Source of the DNA: Paragordius varius
Lineage: Eukaryota; Animalia; Nematomorpha
NCBI GenBank assembly: GCA_964247055.1
Contig: OZ176055.1
Coordinates: forward strand, 6,138,001-6,202,000
Direction of reading: 5' to 3'
Length of the DNA stretch: 64,000 nt
Shown one piece after another: positions 23,957-37,286 of this stretch (position 1 is its first letter; the number at the start of each line of letters is the position of its first letter). Position numbers and translations under genes: made by a program. The notes under the pieces were generated by a model. That model made no database searches, was not told where the DNA came from, and saw only the letters and a program-made list of their open reading frames with translations.

Positions 23957-23992
<36 letters not shown>
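23957..23992. repeat. (TA)n microsatellite; others near 31876-31900, 47590-47620 and 61973-62010
   Basis: Visible directly in the sequence. Confidence 0.95.
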
Positions 23993-23995
<3 letters not shown>

Positions 23996-26900
23996 TTATA
24001 ATTTAAAGTAATTAACTGGTCGTAATTGACTTAATTTTGTAATTTATTAAATTTAAGTATACCAGTGTGTTTTTAGAGATCGTTGAATGGCTAGATTGTT
24101 TTTAAAATGATTAATTATCCCTATATTTATAAGTATCAATTTAAATATTTTTTTGGTATTTAAACAATTTAATCGACCTCGAGAAAAAAGGATTATAAAA
24201 TCCCTAACCAATATTTGATTGAGGTTGGAAGCAAAAATAAATAGCCGAACTAATATTACAGTAACGAGAGCTATTAATGACTTACTTAGTTTTGATTGGT
24301 TAAATGGGTTTAACATAATAGCTATTACTGTAGTTGGAATTTTATATTTCATAAATAACTTTTCTAATTTATTAATTTATACGATGATGCATAAAAAATA
24401 GAATATCACGATTAAAATTTTAAATGAATTTAGATAGGGTCAATTCACGTTATTGTTGGTCAATTGGTAATACAAAAGCGTATGGTACAAAATAATTGGT
24501 CCATAACAAAATAAAAAATGGTGTTTAAGATAGGAAAAAATTTTAATTTTAACCATTTGTTGTTTTTAACCTATACGCTACTGTATTGCCGATTGGCCAA
24601 GAATAATGTGAATTGACTAGGATTAATGTGCATACTATATGTATATGTAATAAAGTTAAAAAATACAAAATAAGCTTTGTGTAATGGAAAAAATGGTGTA
24701 ATTATGTACAATGATTGTATCTTTTGGACATGTAAATTCAATTAAAACATGATTTGCATACGAAAAAATATTCCTATTATTTTGGAATATTGAGACACCG
24801 TTGTTAGATTGTCTTATGTCAAGACGTTCCAGACCGGATAAAATAATAAACTTTCCGGTATTTGAATTCAGCATAGTTAAGTAACATTTCGAGGTTTGAT
24901 TAAACCATATCTATTAAATAAATTCATCTTTTTTATAATAATAATAAATTAAAGTTTCTAAAAGAAATCACTCTTTCCTTAATTGTGTCGGCATTAAAAC
25001 AGATGAAAATTAAATAAAACAATAATTTATAAAAGGCTAATATAAAAGCGTAATGATTTACAATTTCTGTAAAATATTAAATATATTAGTCAATAATCAT
25101 GAACTTTTGTGATTATCCCTTACAACTTATTCGGCAACCAAATATTAGCAATAAACTTTAAAATAATAAATTTTAGAATCGCACCTAAAATAATTGAGCC
25201 GGTATTATAATAGTATTGATAATTATAGTAAAATTATACTATTGGTTTATATTTAATTGCTACTATTAGTGTTAAATCTACCCTTTCATTTAAACATTTC
25301 AGTTATTCCTTAAACAGCACTCTTTTATGAAAATTTTTCCCCGCCAGATCATAACATTTTCATGTACTTCCATGAATATCGTTTATTTATTGTTTGAAAA
25401 ATTCTGACTGCGACTGTTTAAAGTTCTAAATATAAATGCTGGTTTACGCAGTCCTTCGCGGTATTAGCTTTAAATTTTCTGATTAAAGTGCGGTTTTTAG
25501 TCTGTTGAGCCCTGAAAAAACATTAAAACTTAAATTTAATCTATTTTATATACTGTGTGCCAATTTATGGGCCTACTTGAAAACGCACTTTGGTTTTTAA
25601 AAAAGATATAGAAATTTGTTTTAAAATAAATAAATAGGAATCTCTTTTCTTGGTCTATAAATTTTCAATCTGTTAGCAAATTATAAAATATATGATATTA
25701 CTGGGTCTCTCAATTGAATGTTAAACTTTTTAAACATTACATCCTGGACCCATTGATTGAATATACATAAATGGGACTTTTCTAAATCCAAGGGTAAGGA
25801 TGTTAGGTTACGTATAATTTTAACCGAGCCATTCAGATAAACAACTTGAGTTGAAGGAATCCTTTTAAAAATTTTATAATAAATAGAATTATCATTCCAA
25901 GTTATGTAACCACATTAATTTTAATGCATACATAACGTATTTTTTCGCTAATTTTTATCTCTTTTCTCCTCTAAGTAACATTGTTTTATTTAATTTCTAA
26001 TTTATGCCTTTCCAAATGAATAATTTTATATTAGGTTACTTTAAAAAAATTCAGAATATTAAGTCTGGGATGATATAAAAATCTTATATACATAATATAC
26101 ATAAAAACATGTCATTTAATAATTCATATATTAATTTAAAGGTGAGCTTTCAACTAATTATCACATAGGCCCATTTGATTACACGGCTCAACAAGGTTTT
26201 GCAATACCCCATTTTTTGCATTTTCTGTTACCTAATGGCATGGAAAGGCCCTAGTAGAATTTTTTCCAAATTTATTTTTTAATTTTGTATTTAATTTTAA
26301 AAAAATTATTCCTGGTGGACACATATTTAAATATTTAAACGAGCAAGTGAATTCAAGTGGTATTCCAGAGCCAGGTTTATATTTTGATTTAGAACAAAAA
26401 TGCAAAAATCCAAATATACCAGCGCCAATCTACGATACCACAGAAGATTATTATATCACTGCAGAAAATGTTATAGATAATGCTTATGATAAAACTTTAT
26501 CTTAAAATACCATCTATCATTAAAAAAACTGCTCAAAATCACTGCTGAAGGTTTTTGTCTCTTATTCAGACATACGTCTTATAAAGACGGCATGCTCGAC
26601 ATTGAAATAGACAATATACAATAAATAAATATTCATTGTGAAATATATTAATTAAATTCTGTGTATTAAATAAAAAAGGATACGAAACTTTAAGAATATA
26701 GAATTAAAATATATTAAAAGCTATAAGCCGTATTATTAAAAATCTAAAAGGGCTAATAAATGGTGAGATCCGGGCGGCTTGCACAAGCTCTGCAAAATAA
26801 CATCCGCCAAGCGCTCCTATAATTACACCAGATATGGCAAAGTATACAATAGGTGATCGTAGAGCCCATAGGAGAGACCTATACCTACAGAGAATATTAC

Positions 26901-29900
26901 GTAGTTAACTTTAGCAAAATCCACGGAAAATGAAATGTGAAATTAACCAATTAACAGAATAGAGTTAAAAAAATTCGACCATTAAATCGAATTAAATTAC
27001 AAGTGGTCCTATTGTAGATAAAAGTATCATAAAGTATCCATCTTCCAAAAATCTGAACAAAATATGCCGCACAATGATTTAAATAAATAATATCCACTAG
27101 GTATAATTAACACGGTTTTTCGTAACAATCAACCGAAGAAAAAAACTCTAATATGTACTAAAAATAACCAAAATAACAAAATATGGCCTATCTGAAAGCC
27201 GAAAATTTACCACCAAATGTCTCTTTTAGTTTTTTTTAATATAAATTAAATTGTGTTTTAAATTAGCTAAAAAAATTATAACGTTTATACCCGTATTATT
27301 TTCTCCTTGATATTTAAATGACATATTTATATTCAAAAGATAGAGTTAGTACGCTTTATAAAATTTAGTAATTTTATAATATAATAACTTTTTATAAAGT
27401 TATATTTGATTTTCTGATTTTTATGTTTTTGAAAAATTGAAAACCTGTAATATCACAAAATTCTGATTGAGGCGATCGATTTTTTTTCAGATTCGGTTTT
27501 ACATCGAAATTAGTCAAAAAAATAATTGGTGGTGCTCTAAAAAGTTTGAAATTGTCGAATAATGTTTTATTGACCAATTTCGATATATGATTTGATCAAG
27601 TTACTAATGTGTGTAAGCGCCTACCCATGAAATACATAGTCAGATATTTTTATTTTAAATTATATAACTACTGTTGTAAATTAGCACATGAATCGACAAC
27701 TACGGTAAAAATAATTATTATAAAAATAGCGCTATCCTCAGTAAGAATTTTAATATCTTCATATATTAATAGTCGAAATTGTGTATAAACATTCAAGATA
27801 TTGTCACCCAAAGCTGTTTTTGGTGGAATTGGTGAATCCCCAAAATATTTATTTTAATCTATCTATGTAAAAATGTAAAATTTTGGTTTTAATTCAAGTA
27901 GAAAACATGCAGCATAAAGTAATTCCCATTTGAAGAAAAATTGTTTGCTCATGTGGAAAGTCTTACAGTTAAAAATCATAAAGCAGGATTTTCAACCATA
28001 ACCTCTGGATCAAAAGTAATTTCTAGCAGACGGTTTCGATAGACTAAAAATGGCTTCGTTCTCGACCATTCTGATTTCGATATCCACATTTGAACCATAT
28101 CTCGGTTCCACTTTATTTTTTATGAAACCAACGTTTCTGTTCCAACCCAATTATCGTTTGTGTGGAAACCAAATACCCAGATATTATTATATAGAGTAAA
28201 AAACGTATTATTTACTTGCCTAATAAACATCACTTAACACTGCATGTATTATTATGCAATCAATGCATATATTAGTTACAAATTTCCCGCATTTTAAACA
28301 GTTATCGTACTCATTTTTATTTGCTAATTTTTACATACTTGTATGGCATTAACGAATTCTTTTCATACAATTTTGATAAATAAAATAAATTTCCGGCAAA
28401 AACAATGAAACTATATAAAAAGACTTAATCACTTGATCTGTGTGGCAATTAGGCGATTGTTGTATTTTCCAAAGTTTCACATAAAGAGAAAATAATTTTG
28501 GCGCTAGCTTAAATTTAAATCCGATTCAAAAACCTTCTAAAATAAAACCTAAACCAGAATTAGTTTCGATAAAGAGCCATTTCACAACCGTGGTTAATAT
28601 TTTGAAGATAAAATTGGTCACATTTTTAATAGAAGGAATTGATTAGTTTTCATCAACTGTTACGACGGTCTAACGCTTGAAAAAAGTAAGAGAACAAACT
28701 TGGACACCTACAATACTAATATGTTAATATATAAGAAATACCCTGTATTTATGCTATTATTGATATTGACCATTTCGGTTAAATTAAGTAACTGACCATT
28801 TTGATACCAGCATTGACTTGTTGTCGTCAAACGAGCATGATTTCTTCCTAATTTTTTAAATTTCTAATATATTAAAATTTTTGTTTCAATTCAGTAGTTA
28901 ATATTTTATAAAACTAAAGGTAGTTTTTTAAAAATATTTTTCTTTTCTACCATTATTTTGTATTTCTATAATTTATCGCATGACATATACTCCTCATTAA
29001 CAAATTTTCGGGTCCGTTGTACCCAATATTAGGAATGTACAATTGTAGTTATGATGCAATTTAAGAAAGATAAACTACCCCTGGTCACCATATAAAATTT
29101 TGTTAATGTGCTATCTCAGCGTTTTTTGACAAACCTAATTTTTGCCGCAAATATTACATATAATTAAAATTTTCGCGTCATCGTGTTCTTCTTGCTTGAA
29201 AATGCGCATTTTTATATGTTGAAAATTAACATTGTGTGCCCGGATTTGGCGATATTTTGATTTCGGTAATTTTAGAAACGATAGATCTTAACGATAAATA
29301 TTCGTGTTAATAAACATAATAAACTTAAAATTAAGTATTCTAAAAAATTTATCCATAAATACGAGCCCTAAGTACGGTTAAACTTTTAGCAGAACCATAA
29401 ATATTAATATTTAAATAAATCCATTAAATAATTAATTTTGTTCAATAATATATAATTAATTGTTTAAGATACCTGTTATAATAAATAATAGTACAATCGG
29501 GTAAAGCATCAGGTAAAAGATTTAATAAAAAAATACACCGTATAAATAAAAAAATGCTCTTATTTTTCAATAATTAGAGTACGTTAACTTTTAATATAGC
29601 TTTTTGCCTTACTGGCTTAATTTTAGCTAATTATTATGAATAAATAGTAAAAACAACCATTATAGTTAAATTCTATTTATTAAAAAATTAACAACTACTA
29701 TAGTTCAACAGATGATTTAAAATGCAACTCTTTTATCAAACACGAACAAAATCAATGAGTAGATCCTATAGTTTAGTTATAACATGAAGTCTTCTAAAAA
29801 ATTTAAAAGTAATGTAAAAATTCCGATTTAGTAGCCCAAATTTTATAATAAACAGAAAAAATTTATTCAGTAAAAAGACAAGCCTTTTTGAGCGTAACAA

Positions 29901-30262
29901 GGGACCCTATTTTTTTATCCAACTATTAATGTTTATAAGTTAAGTAAAAATAGGATAAAACGGCTATTTTAACGTTAAAAACAGGTACCCTTTCTTAAAT
30001 ATTTTCCTTTTTTTTCAAAGGATTATAAAATATTTTTAATGAAAAATTTAAATTTCTTATGGATGATAATCGACTTAATCATATTGAGTGCATTTAAACA
30101 ATTATTTGATAGCATAAACATATATGTGAATGGAAAGGGGCGTCTTTATCAATATGTAATTGTCACAGCTCTCGACTTTTAAAGTAAAATTAACTTTATA
30201 CCAATAAAATAAAAGACTGATATAATTATTAACCACTTTCATTTATAAATATATAGATTATA

Positions 30263-30549
30263 CCATTTACAATTCAAATTCACCCTCAAACAATTCATGA
30301 TCACCCTAAAATAAATTGTGTTTTTAACAAAAATTACCGTTATCTTTTAATATTAATATATGATCTATTTATAACTGCTGAAAAAATAATAAACTATGTC
30401 GTAAAAATAAATTTCATATTAATTATGGGTTATATTAGATTGAAAATACATAATATATTTTTAGGGTGAATATAAGTTGTCCAAGGGTGAATATAAATTG
30501 TTCGTGGGTAAAATTGAATTCTTTAAGGGTGATTATGAATTGTAAATGG
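30263..30549. mobile_element. TA-flanked MITE with subterminal short repeats
   Basis: TA|CCATTTACAATTCA ... TGAATTGTAAATGG|TA, with repeated AGGGTGA(A/T)TAT motifs in the right arm and inverse TCACCCT motifs in the left arm. Confidence 0.7.
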
Positions 30550-31311
30550 TATATATCAGCCAATATTGATCTTGTTTTGGTAGGTTTGGGAATGCTAGTG
30601 CTAATGGAATTTGAATAGAGAACTGAAAATTATGTTTATATATATTGGATAATGAGAACTTTTGAGCTTATGAGACTGTTATTGAAATATCATTCATTAG
30701 CAAATTCTGAAACAAAATATGATAAAATACCTATTTTATATAAAGACAAGATTATATTGATTTTTAAAAGGTGATTTGTGATAGTAATTAAAGTTATTAC
30801 GCCATAACAATTTAAATGAAATTTGATTCCCTGCTTACACATTTTTTGTCTGTATTTTAGGTGTTTTTTCCCTTAATCCGTTATTTATTTGGCTTGTGAT
30901 CAAAAGAATTTTTCTTTTTATTATATTGAAAAAAGATTGTCGTCAAATAATTACAAAAAACTTTTTATTAAGACCCACAAATAAATGCCGCGCAGAAGTG
31001 TACATAATAAAATCTTATTTACATGGCATAAATATCATGAAAACAACAATCATTAATATCCAACAATAATTTATTTGACCCATCAAAAGTTAGATAGTCA
31101 GTATAATTTCATGTACACACTCCTGATATACGAGCGTTATGTTATTGAATGAAAAAATTTTTTAACGTATAAACCAAAGTTTAACAACAAAATACAACTG
31201 GAAATATATTTATTAATATTATTTCTTTTAATAATCTTTATATGTGGTATATATATACAACACAGTTATATGTACTTGTCAAAAAACTCTTAATAATTCT
31301 AACACATCGAT

Positions 31312-34300
31312 TTATTTTTGATGCGGTACAATTTGGCCATTATTTCGTTTACCTTTTATACTATGAATATTGATAGATTTAGGGTCATGATTCAAAACTT
31401 CGAGATTATCATTAACCAATTTTATTTTTTTCGCAGTGGGTGTTAACAATTTCCTTTTATATCGTTTTGGGTGTGATGTTTCCCTATCATTTGTTAGAGA
31501 ATTCGACATAGATTGAGGTGTATGTTGTAACGCTTCATTCTTATCATTTAAAGTTGTCTTTTTTGCGTCTCCGGATGTATTATTCATACCACAAGGGGGT
31601 AGGGTTAATTTCCAAGGCAAACCACTAATTATTGCATCGAATAGGGAATCATCTCTGTAATGGGTACAAATGTATTGTTTAGTATCCGTATAGTTTGGGA
31701 CAGATGTGGCATTCAACAAACTAGCCTGCTTTAACCAAACAGATTGTCGACTAGAAACGTATGAGGATCCAAGTTTTTCACGCCGTATGAGCATGTAAGT
31801 CAGATTTCGAACCTATATATATTATAGAAACAATATTATAACTGTTAATCAAAATACAAAAAGGTATTTTAACAATATATATATATATATATATATATAT
31901 GTTTACCCTTTCAAGATCTTGTCTTAGTTGTACACACATCTTAAGCCTGTGATAAAGTTGACAAGATGATTCTAAAGCATTTCCCATTCCGGTTGATGTG
32001 ATAGGTGTTCGCCCAGGTCCCAAGTGTGTCATATTTGTTAGGGGTATGCCATTATTATTATTAAAAGTATTTGATGTAATAACATAGTCATTTTTGCGAT
32101 GATGATTCATGATGCTAAAAGAGGGTGGATAAAGCAGTGTTGCAAACGGAGTTATCTCAGAAACGTTATCCGGAACAAAAAGCGTAGACGACGTTATGGG
32201 ATCCAAACAACTAATGGTATACAGGGAATGTGCTAGGCTTGCTTGTGAATAACTATTTTGCAAATCAAATTCAACGTTTTGTGGTGGTATCAGCAAGTGA
32301 GTCATCATATTTTCTTCTTGTTCAAAGGTTGGATTATTTGATAAGAATGTTAAGAAATATGCCTTTTCCAAATCCGTACAATTTAAAGTAGAGACGGGAT
32401 GTAATACATTTCGATATTGCTGCTGTTGATGACTGTTAGCGTGTATGAAACAGCCGCCCTTCTCCCGCATAACATTTGCCATAAAAGCCGTGGGTGGACT
32501 CTTGGTAAGTGGAACGAGGAACGGAATTAAGGGTCCATTAAACCGATCTTTGCGTTTAAGAATCCAATATGCAAATGTCAGATTTACGAGTTGCTTTTCA
32601 TTATGGAAGGAAACCTTATCGTTGTCAGTATGCGTAAGTAAGGGTTTGAGATCCACATATTGATAAAAATGTTTTTCCATATCCCTCAATTTTAACAGTC
32701 TAGACTGTTCATATAACATATCATCTGACGACGCCTTTGTTGTAGAGATTGATGTTGGAGAATGATGTTTATAATTGGTATAATGACCAGATTTTTTTAC
32801 GCTCTCATTGTTGGCTGAATTGATATAAATGGGGGAAAGTATATGCTTATCACACATATTTTTGTTCCCTATACCAATATTGTTGTTGTTAATAGTTGGT
32901 TGACATAATGGGGAATTATTATTGATACGATTATAAATACTTTTTTGTGGAGATAGGGATTGTGGGGAGGATCTTTTGTAAACATTGTTATCTAATTTCT
33001 GCAAAATTGATGGCGGTTGTTGATTAGGTGATACCAGTTCACCGTTTTTGATAATTCGCTTAACTCGACTATGCTTTGGGCAAAAAGCCTAATATAATGG
33101 ATTAAAATACTGTAAAAACCATATATTGGTTAAACTCAATAATATATAAAAATGTATTTGAGCATTTGATTCCTTTTAATAGGACTTATGTAAATTCAGC
33201 AAATAAATATAATTGATTAATATTACTAATCTTTATCAAACGCAAAAAATAAAACAAGACAAATATACTGAGCCCACATAAATTTAATATATTATCCTAT
33301 TATGAATTAAAACCCCTACAATTAGTACTTTAATATTGGACAAACCGATTTTATAAAAATATATAATTTGACACATTCGAGTAAACGACAATATATATAC
33401 TTTCAGCTTTACACCAGATGGTACTATATTGGCGTTGTTAGATGGAGATGATATACTTTGCATATTATCATTATTAATATTATTTTGATTTTTAAGGGCA
33501 GCATTATTGTTTTCTAAGACGGTCCAATCAGCTCTCATGTCCAAGTTTCCACGGAACCCGCATGTGACATGAAAAGCTATTCTACAACCCCGTGCACTAC
33601 ATTGAATACAGGCGCCATTACGACGACCTCGACAAACGGCACATCGTAAATTCCATCGGACAGAAGGTATCCTACTAACACCTAGAGTGTAATATAAAAT
33701 CATATATAGTAATAACAGTTGTAAAATCCGTAATAAATAATTATCTTTCAGTTGATTTTCGATTATCATTATATTACGGATTTTACAACTGTTATTACAA
33801 AACGTAATCAATCCTTCATTTACCATTATAAATAGGTTGGGTTTTAGATGGGAAGGGGGGTGAGGAGTAATTAAAAATTGTGGGTAAAAGTTGACACATG
33901 ATATTCCGTAAATTTAAAAATAGAACATTTAAGTAGGAACCAAAATTGATATAAAAATATAAAAAATATTAAACATGATAAAATATAAAAAAACCCTTCA
34001 CTTATTACACAAGGTAGATTTCCCCTTTTATACATCCTTTTTTGCCAAAAACCCGTAAAATTCATAAAAAAAATTTCATACCCGTTAACGGTTCCATTCT
34101 ATCAGGATCTCCAATCCCAATTTCCGGGATCCAAAGTGCACAACTAACATGACACCAACGAGGACGAGTAGGGGAGCTTTCGAATTGACTAGCAGCTGAG
34201 GCAGAATGTGAACGATTCGTCGTTACTGTAGAAGAATTTAATTGGGCTGGTTTTAGGGCACCCCCTGGATTTGGGCAAAGACAACATTTTGGAGTTACAA

Positions 34301-37131
34301 TGGTTTTACCATTTGGTGTTCGTTGACCAGAGAATGATGAACGAGCTTGTCGTAAATAAGTGCAAGGTGAACATAACCAACTACCTTGGGGTATGGTTAA
34401 GATACCATAACAAGCCTAGGAAAAGACAAAAACAACCAATTTTGTTAAATTTTGTAACAAAAAGATCAAAATTAACTAGAAGACATTTGTTACATATATA
34501 AAATTTTAATACCACACGTAAATTTGATTAAATAATGTTCAGGAAGTTAGTGCATGGTATAAAAACCCTGGCAATCAATTTTCAAATACACCCTTTAATA
34601 TTCAACATTTGTGATAAAAATGTAAAATTTATACAACCAAAAATTAAATTGAACTTTAAAATCAATCAATCAATTATATATACATATTATTTAAATAAAC
34701 CTGATGAACACAAATGTTGCAATCATCGCAAAACACCATTTCATTCCCATCTTCACTGTCAGGCTAAAAGGATTCAAAAACGTATACAAAAATATAGTAC
34801 TTATTTTGGCATATAAGCGAATTTCTTGCAAACAATTATCCCCTTACTTTTTTTAATCTTTTATAAAAGAATTACCATAAAACAATCAAACACCATAAAA
34901 ATTAATTTTTAAAAGAATAAAATGGCAAATCTAGTAAAATTAATCATATATAATTTACAAAATGCCAAAAAATGAATAAAAATTTACTGATCGGCATATA
35001 TCACAGATAACATTTTCATCATATTCAAGGGCGAAATTTTTGTCTTGAAAAAACATTTGTTTGAAATTGTGGAAACACACTTTTTCAAAATGTTCCACGT
35101 ATAATTCAAATAAATTAATATGGTTTGGAGTTAACATTGAGACATCAGTGGCTAAATGTAACAAAAATTAAATTGTTCCGTGTCGCTTCATGCGAAGGAT
35201 TGGTATTTTATAAAAAAATTAACATTAATGAAATTTCTATAATTTTATACCAGGGGCGACCAACACGTAGCCGTCCAAAACATTTATGCAGCCCGGGAAA
35301 AATTTCATATACAAAATTTAAGTAAAATTAATGATCTTAAAAGTTTTCTAAATATGTATATCTTCCCGAATTTTAGGCAATGAACTAGAAAAAAATTAAT
35401 AAAAAGGGTATTTTTACAATATTATGTTTAAAATTTAATAAAATATTTGATGATGCCCATATATTTTGGGAATGGAGACCGTCGGATTTTTTGATTTGAA
35501 AATGCGGTCCGCAAAGCCATTTGTGTTGAACAATCCTGGTTTATGCAAACACTTTAACTATACGGTACTCATTTACAGAGTAAAAATAAAAGTCTATATA
35601 AAAGAAAATTTTTGGGGTTTATGGAGTTGAGAAGGGAAATTTATTAATCTTTCATATACAACGATTAGGTTATTACATAATATCTCAATAAACAATTTAT
35701 CTCTTTTTTTGTAAAGTTAATAAAAAATGTGTCTTATCGAATAACAGATAAAATATAAGCATGCCTTTTAACAATAATGATAGAAATAATAAATAGGTAA
35801 GATTTGACCATTTACAACGTTTAAAAAAATCAAGGAATATATATGTTATAAAACCATAAACCAGGCTATATAAATAAAAAGGCTCCATTTACAGTGGATT
35901 AAAAAAAAGAATATTTGTGGTAATTATGAGTAAAAAAATGAATATTAGTGAAAATAAAAAAGAAACAAAGTGCCATGGTGCACGAGCAAGCATTACCATG
36001 CCCATTAAATAATAATTTTTTACCATTTACTAATGAAGGGAAATAATATTACGTAGTAGTATGGTATTACATACTCAATATTCCTTTTTTCTTTCACTAA
36101 TAGTAAAAATAATTATTATTTAATGGGTATGCTCGTGCACCATGGCCCTTTGTTTCTTTTTTATTTCGCTAATATTCATTTTTTACTCCCAATATTAATT
36201 TCTTTATTATAAATATTCTTTTATTTAATCCACTGTACCAAGTATAATGGAAGCTGACGAGCCAAAATTAGTAAAAAAAATTAATTTTAAAAAAATTATA
36301 CCTTTATATATTTTTTAAAAGGGGTCATAATGGAAATAATGACCTTGTAAATTTCAGACAATTGGGACAAGTTTCAAAAGGGCACCCAAATATATTTTTT
36401 ATTTAAGTATTGGTGAAAAAATAATTTGTTAATGAAAAATAAAAACATACCGTCCTTTAGCCGTCCAAGTTTGGTAAAATTATTATTAGGATAATTGATA
36501 TGGTTAAGTATTTTCATCCAAATTATATCGGTAAAATCCATATTATATTGACAATATCCCCCTTCGATAAGGGGTAAAACATTAATTTTACAAAAACTAC
36601 GCATGTTAAATGGTTGATAATATTTTTCAAAAATATTTTCTTTTATATCTTTTTTATCAAGGCTGTGTTTAGCTAAATATTTTGCATTGTGTAATATATT
36701 TTCCGTGGATATATGTAAATTTTTTGGTAATCTAGATAAAAGTTCTGGGCTGGCAACAGGGACCTGTACACCTTTATCCCATTCTGATCTCCATGGATCA
36801 TTTATCAAAAAATATTCGTATCGCTGATAAAAATCAGAATCAGGTATTTTCATGGCACTAATGAGATCAGCTCTAAATAACTAAAAATTAAACAACTAAA
36901 TAAACTTCAGCCGGTTTTGTTATCGTATCAAAATTATTAGACAGACCGATTTTCGAATTTTTAAAACGTTTTCCTAGATATTATTTTAAAAATACTTTTT
37001 GTGGATAATTGACCATTTTTAATTTTGTTGCCATACTTCGCTGAAAAACTTTTAACACGATTAGATTTATAGAGCGATGAAGATTTTTTAAACATTGGGG
37101 CTCCCATAGTTGAGGAATTATTTTTTAGCAT
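31312..37131 (-). CDS. JADE: JADE/PHF17 (rhinoceros)-family PHD-zinc knuckle-PHD scaffold of the HBO1 acetyltransferase complex, about 1050 aa. Exons 36996-37131, 36906-36973, 36451-36880, 34988-35151, 34701-34763, 34082-34415, 33401-33681, 31907-33088, 31312-31812.
   Basis: Motifs KPAE|LFRADLISAMKIPDS, DPWRSEWDKGVQVPV, EYDENVICDICRS|PDSEDGNEMVFCDDCNICVHQ|ACYG, WCHVSCALWIPEIGIGDPDRMEPLT, AFHVTCG, YWILKRK and LRQDLER|VRNLTYMLIRREK. All exon phases close. The start codon is uncertain. Confidence 0.95.
35251..35538. mobile_element. hAT-type MITE; relatives at 53858-54123, about 51810-52105 and about 49185-49219
   Basis: Ends CAGGGG...GCCATTTGTGTTG(A/G)ACA(A/C)(T/C)CCTG. The 53858 copy has TSD TTTTAGTT / TTTTAGTC. 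Confidence 0.7.
35892..36235. mobile_element. Fold-back MITE (Tc1/mariner-like ends) in a JADE intron
   Basis: TA|CAGTGGATTAAA ... TTTAATCCACTG|TA; almost the whole element is an imperfect inverted repeat. Confidence 0.8.
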
Positions 37132-37286
37132 AATTTTTACATTTAAAAATAGTCGATTCAAACCATTTTTTAGTTTAGTCCTCTAGGAACATCGGATCCA
37201 TATTAAAAACCTAGCGGATTATTGTTTATAATTACCGCCTTTTCTAACCATTCACAATAATAGTATGAAATAACAGCCCTATTTGA
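37132..37286. promoter_or_regulatory. Putative compact bidirectional promoter between JADE and DEK
   Basis: The divergent predicted start codons are only about 155 bp apart. Promoter function is inferred. Confidence 0.55.
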
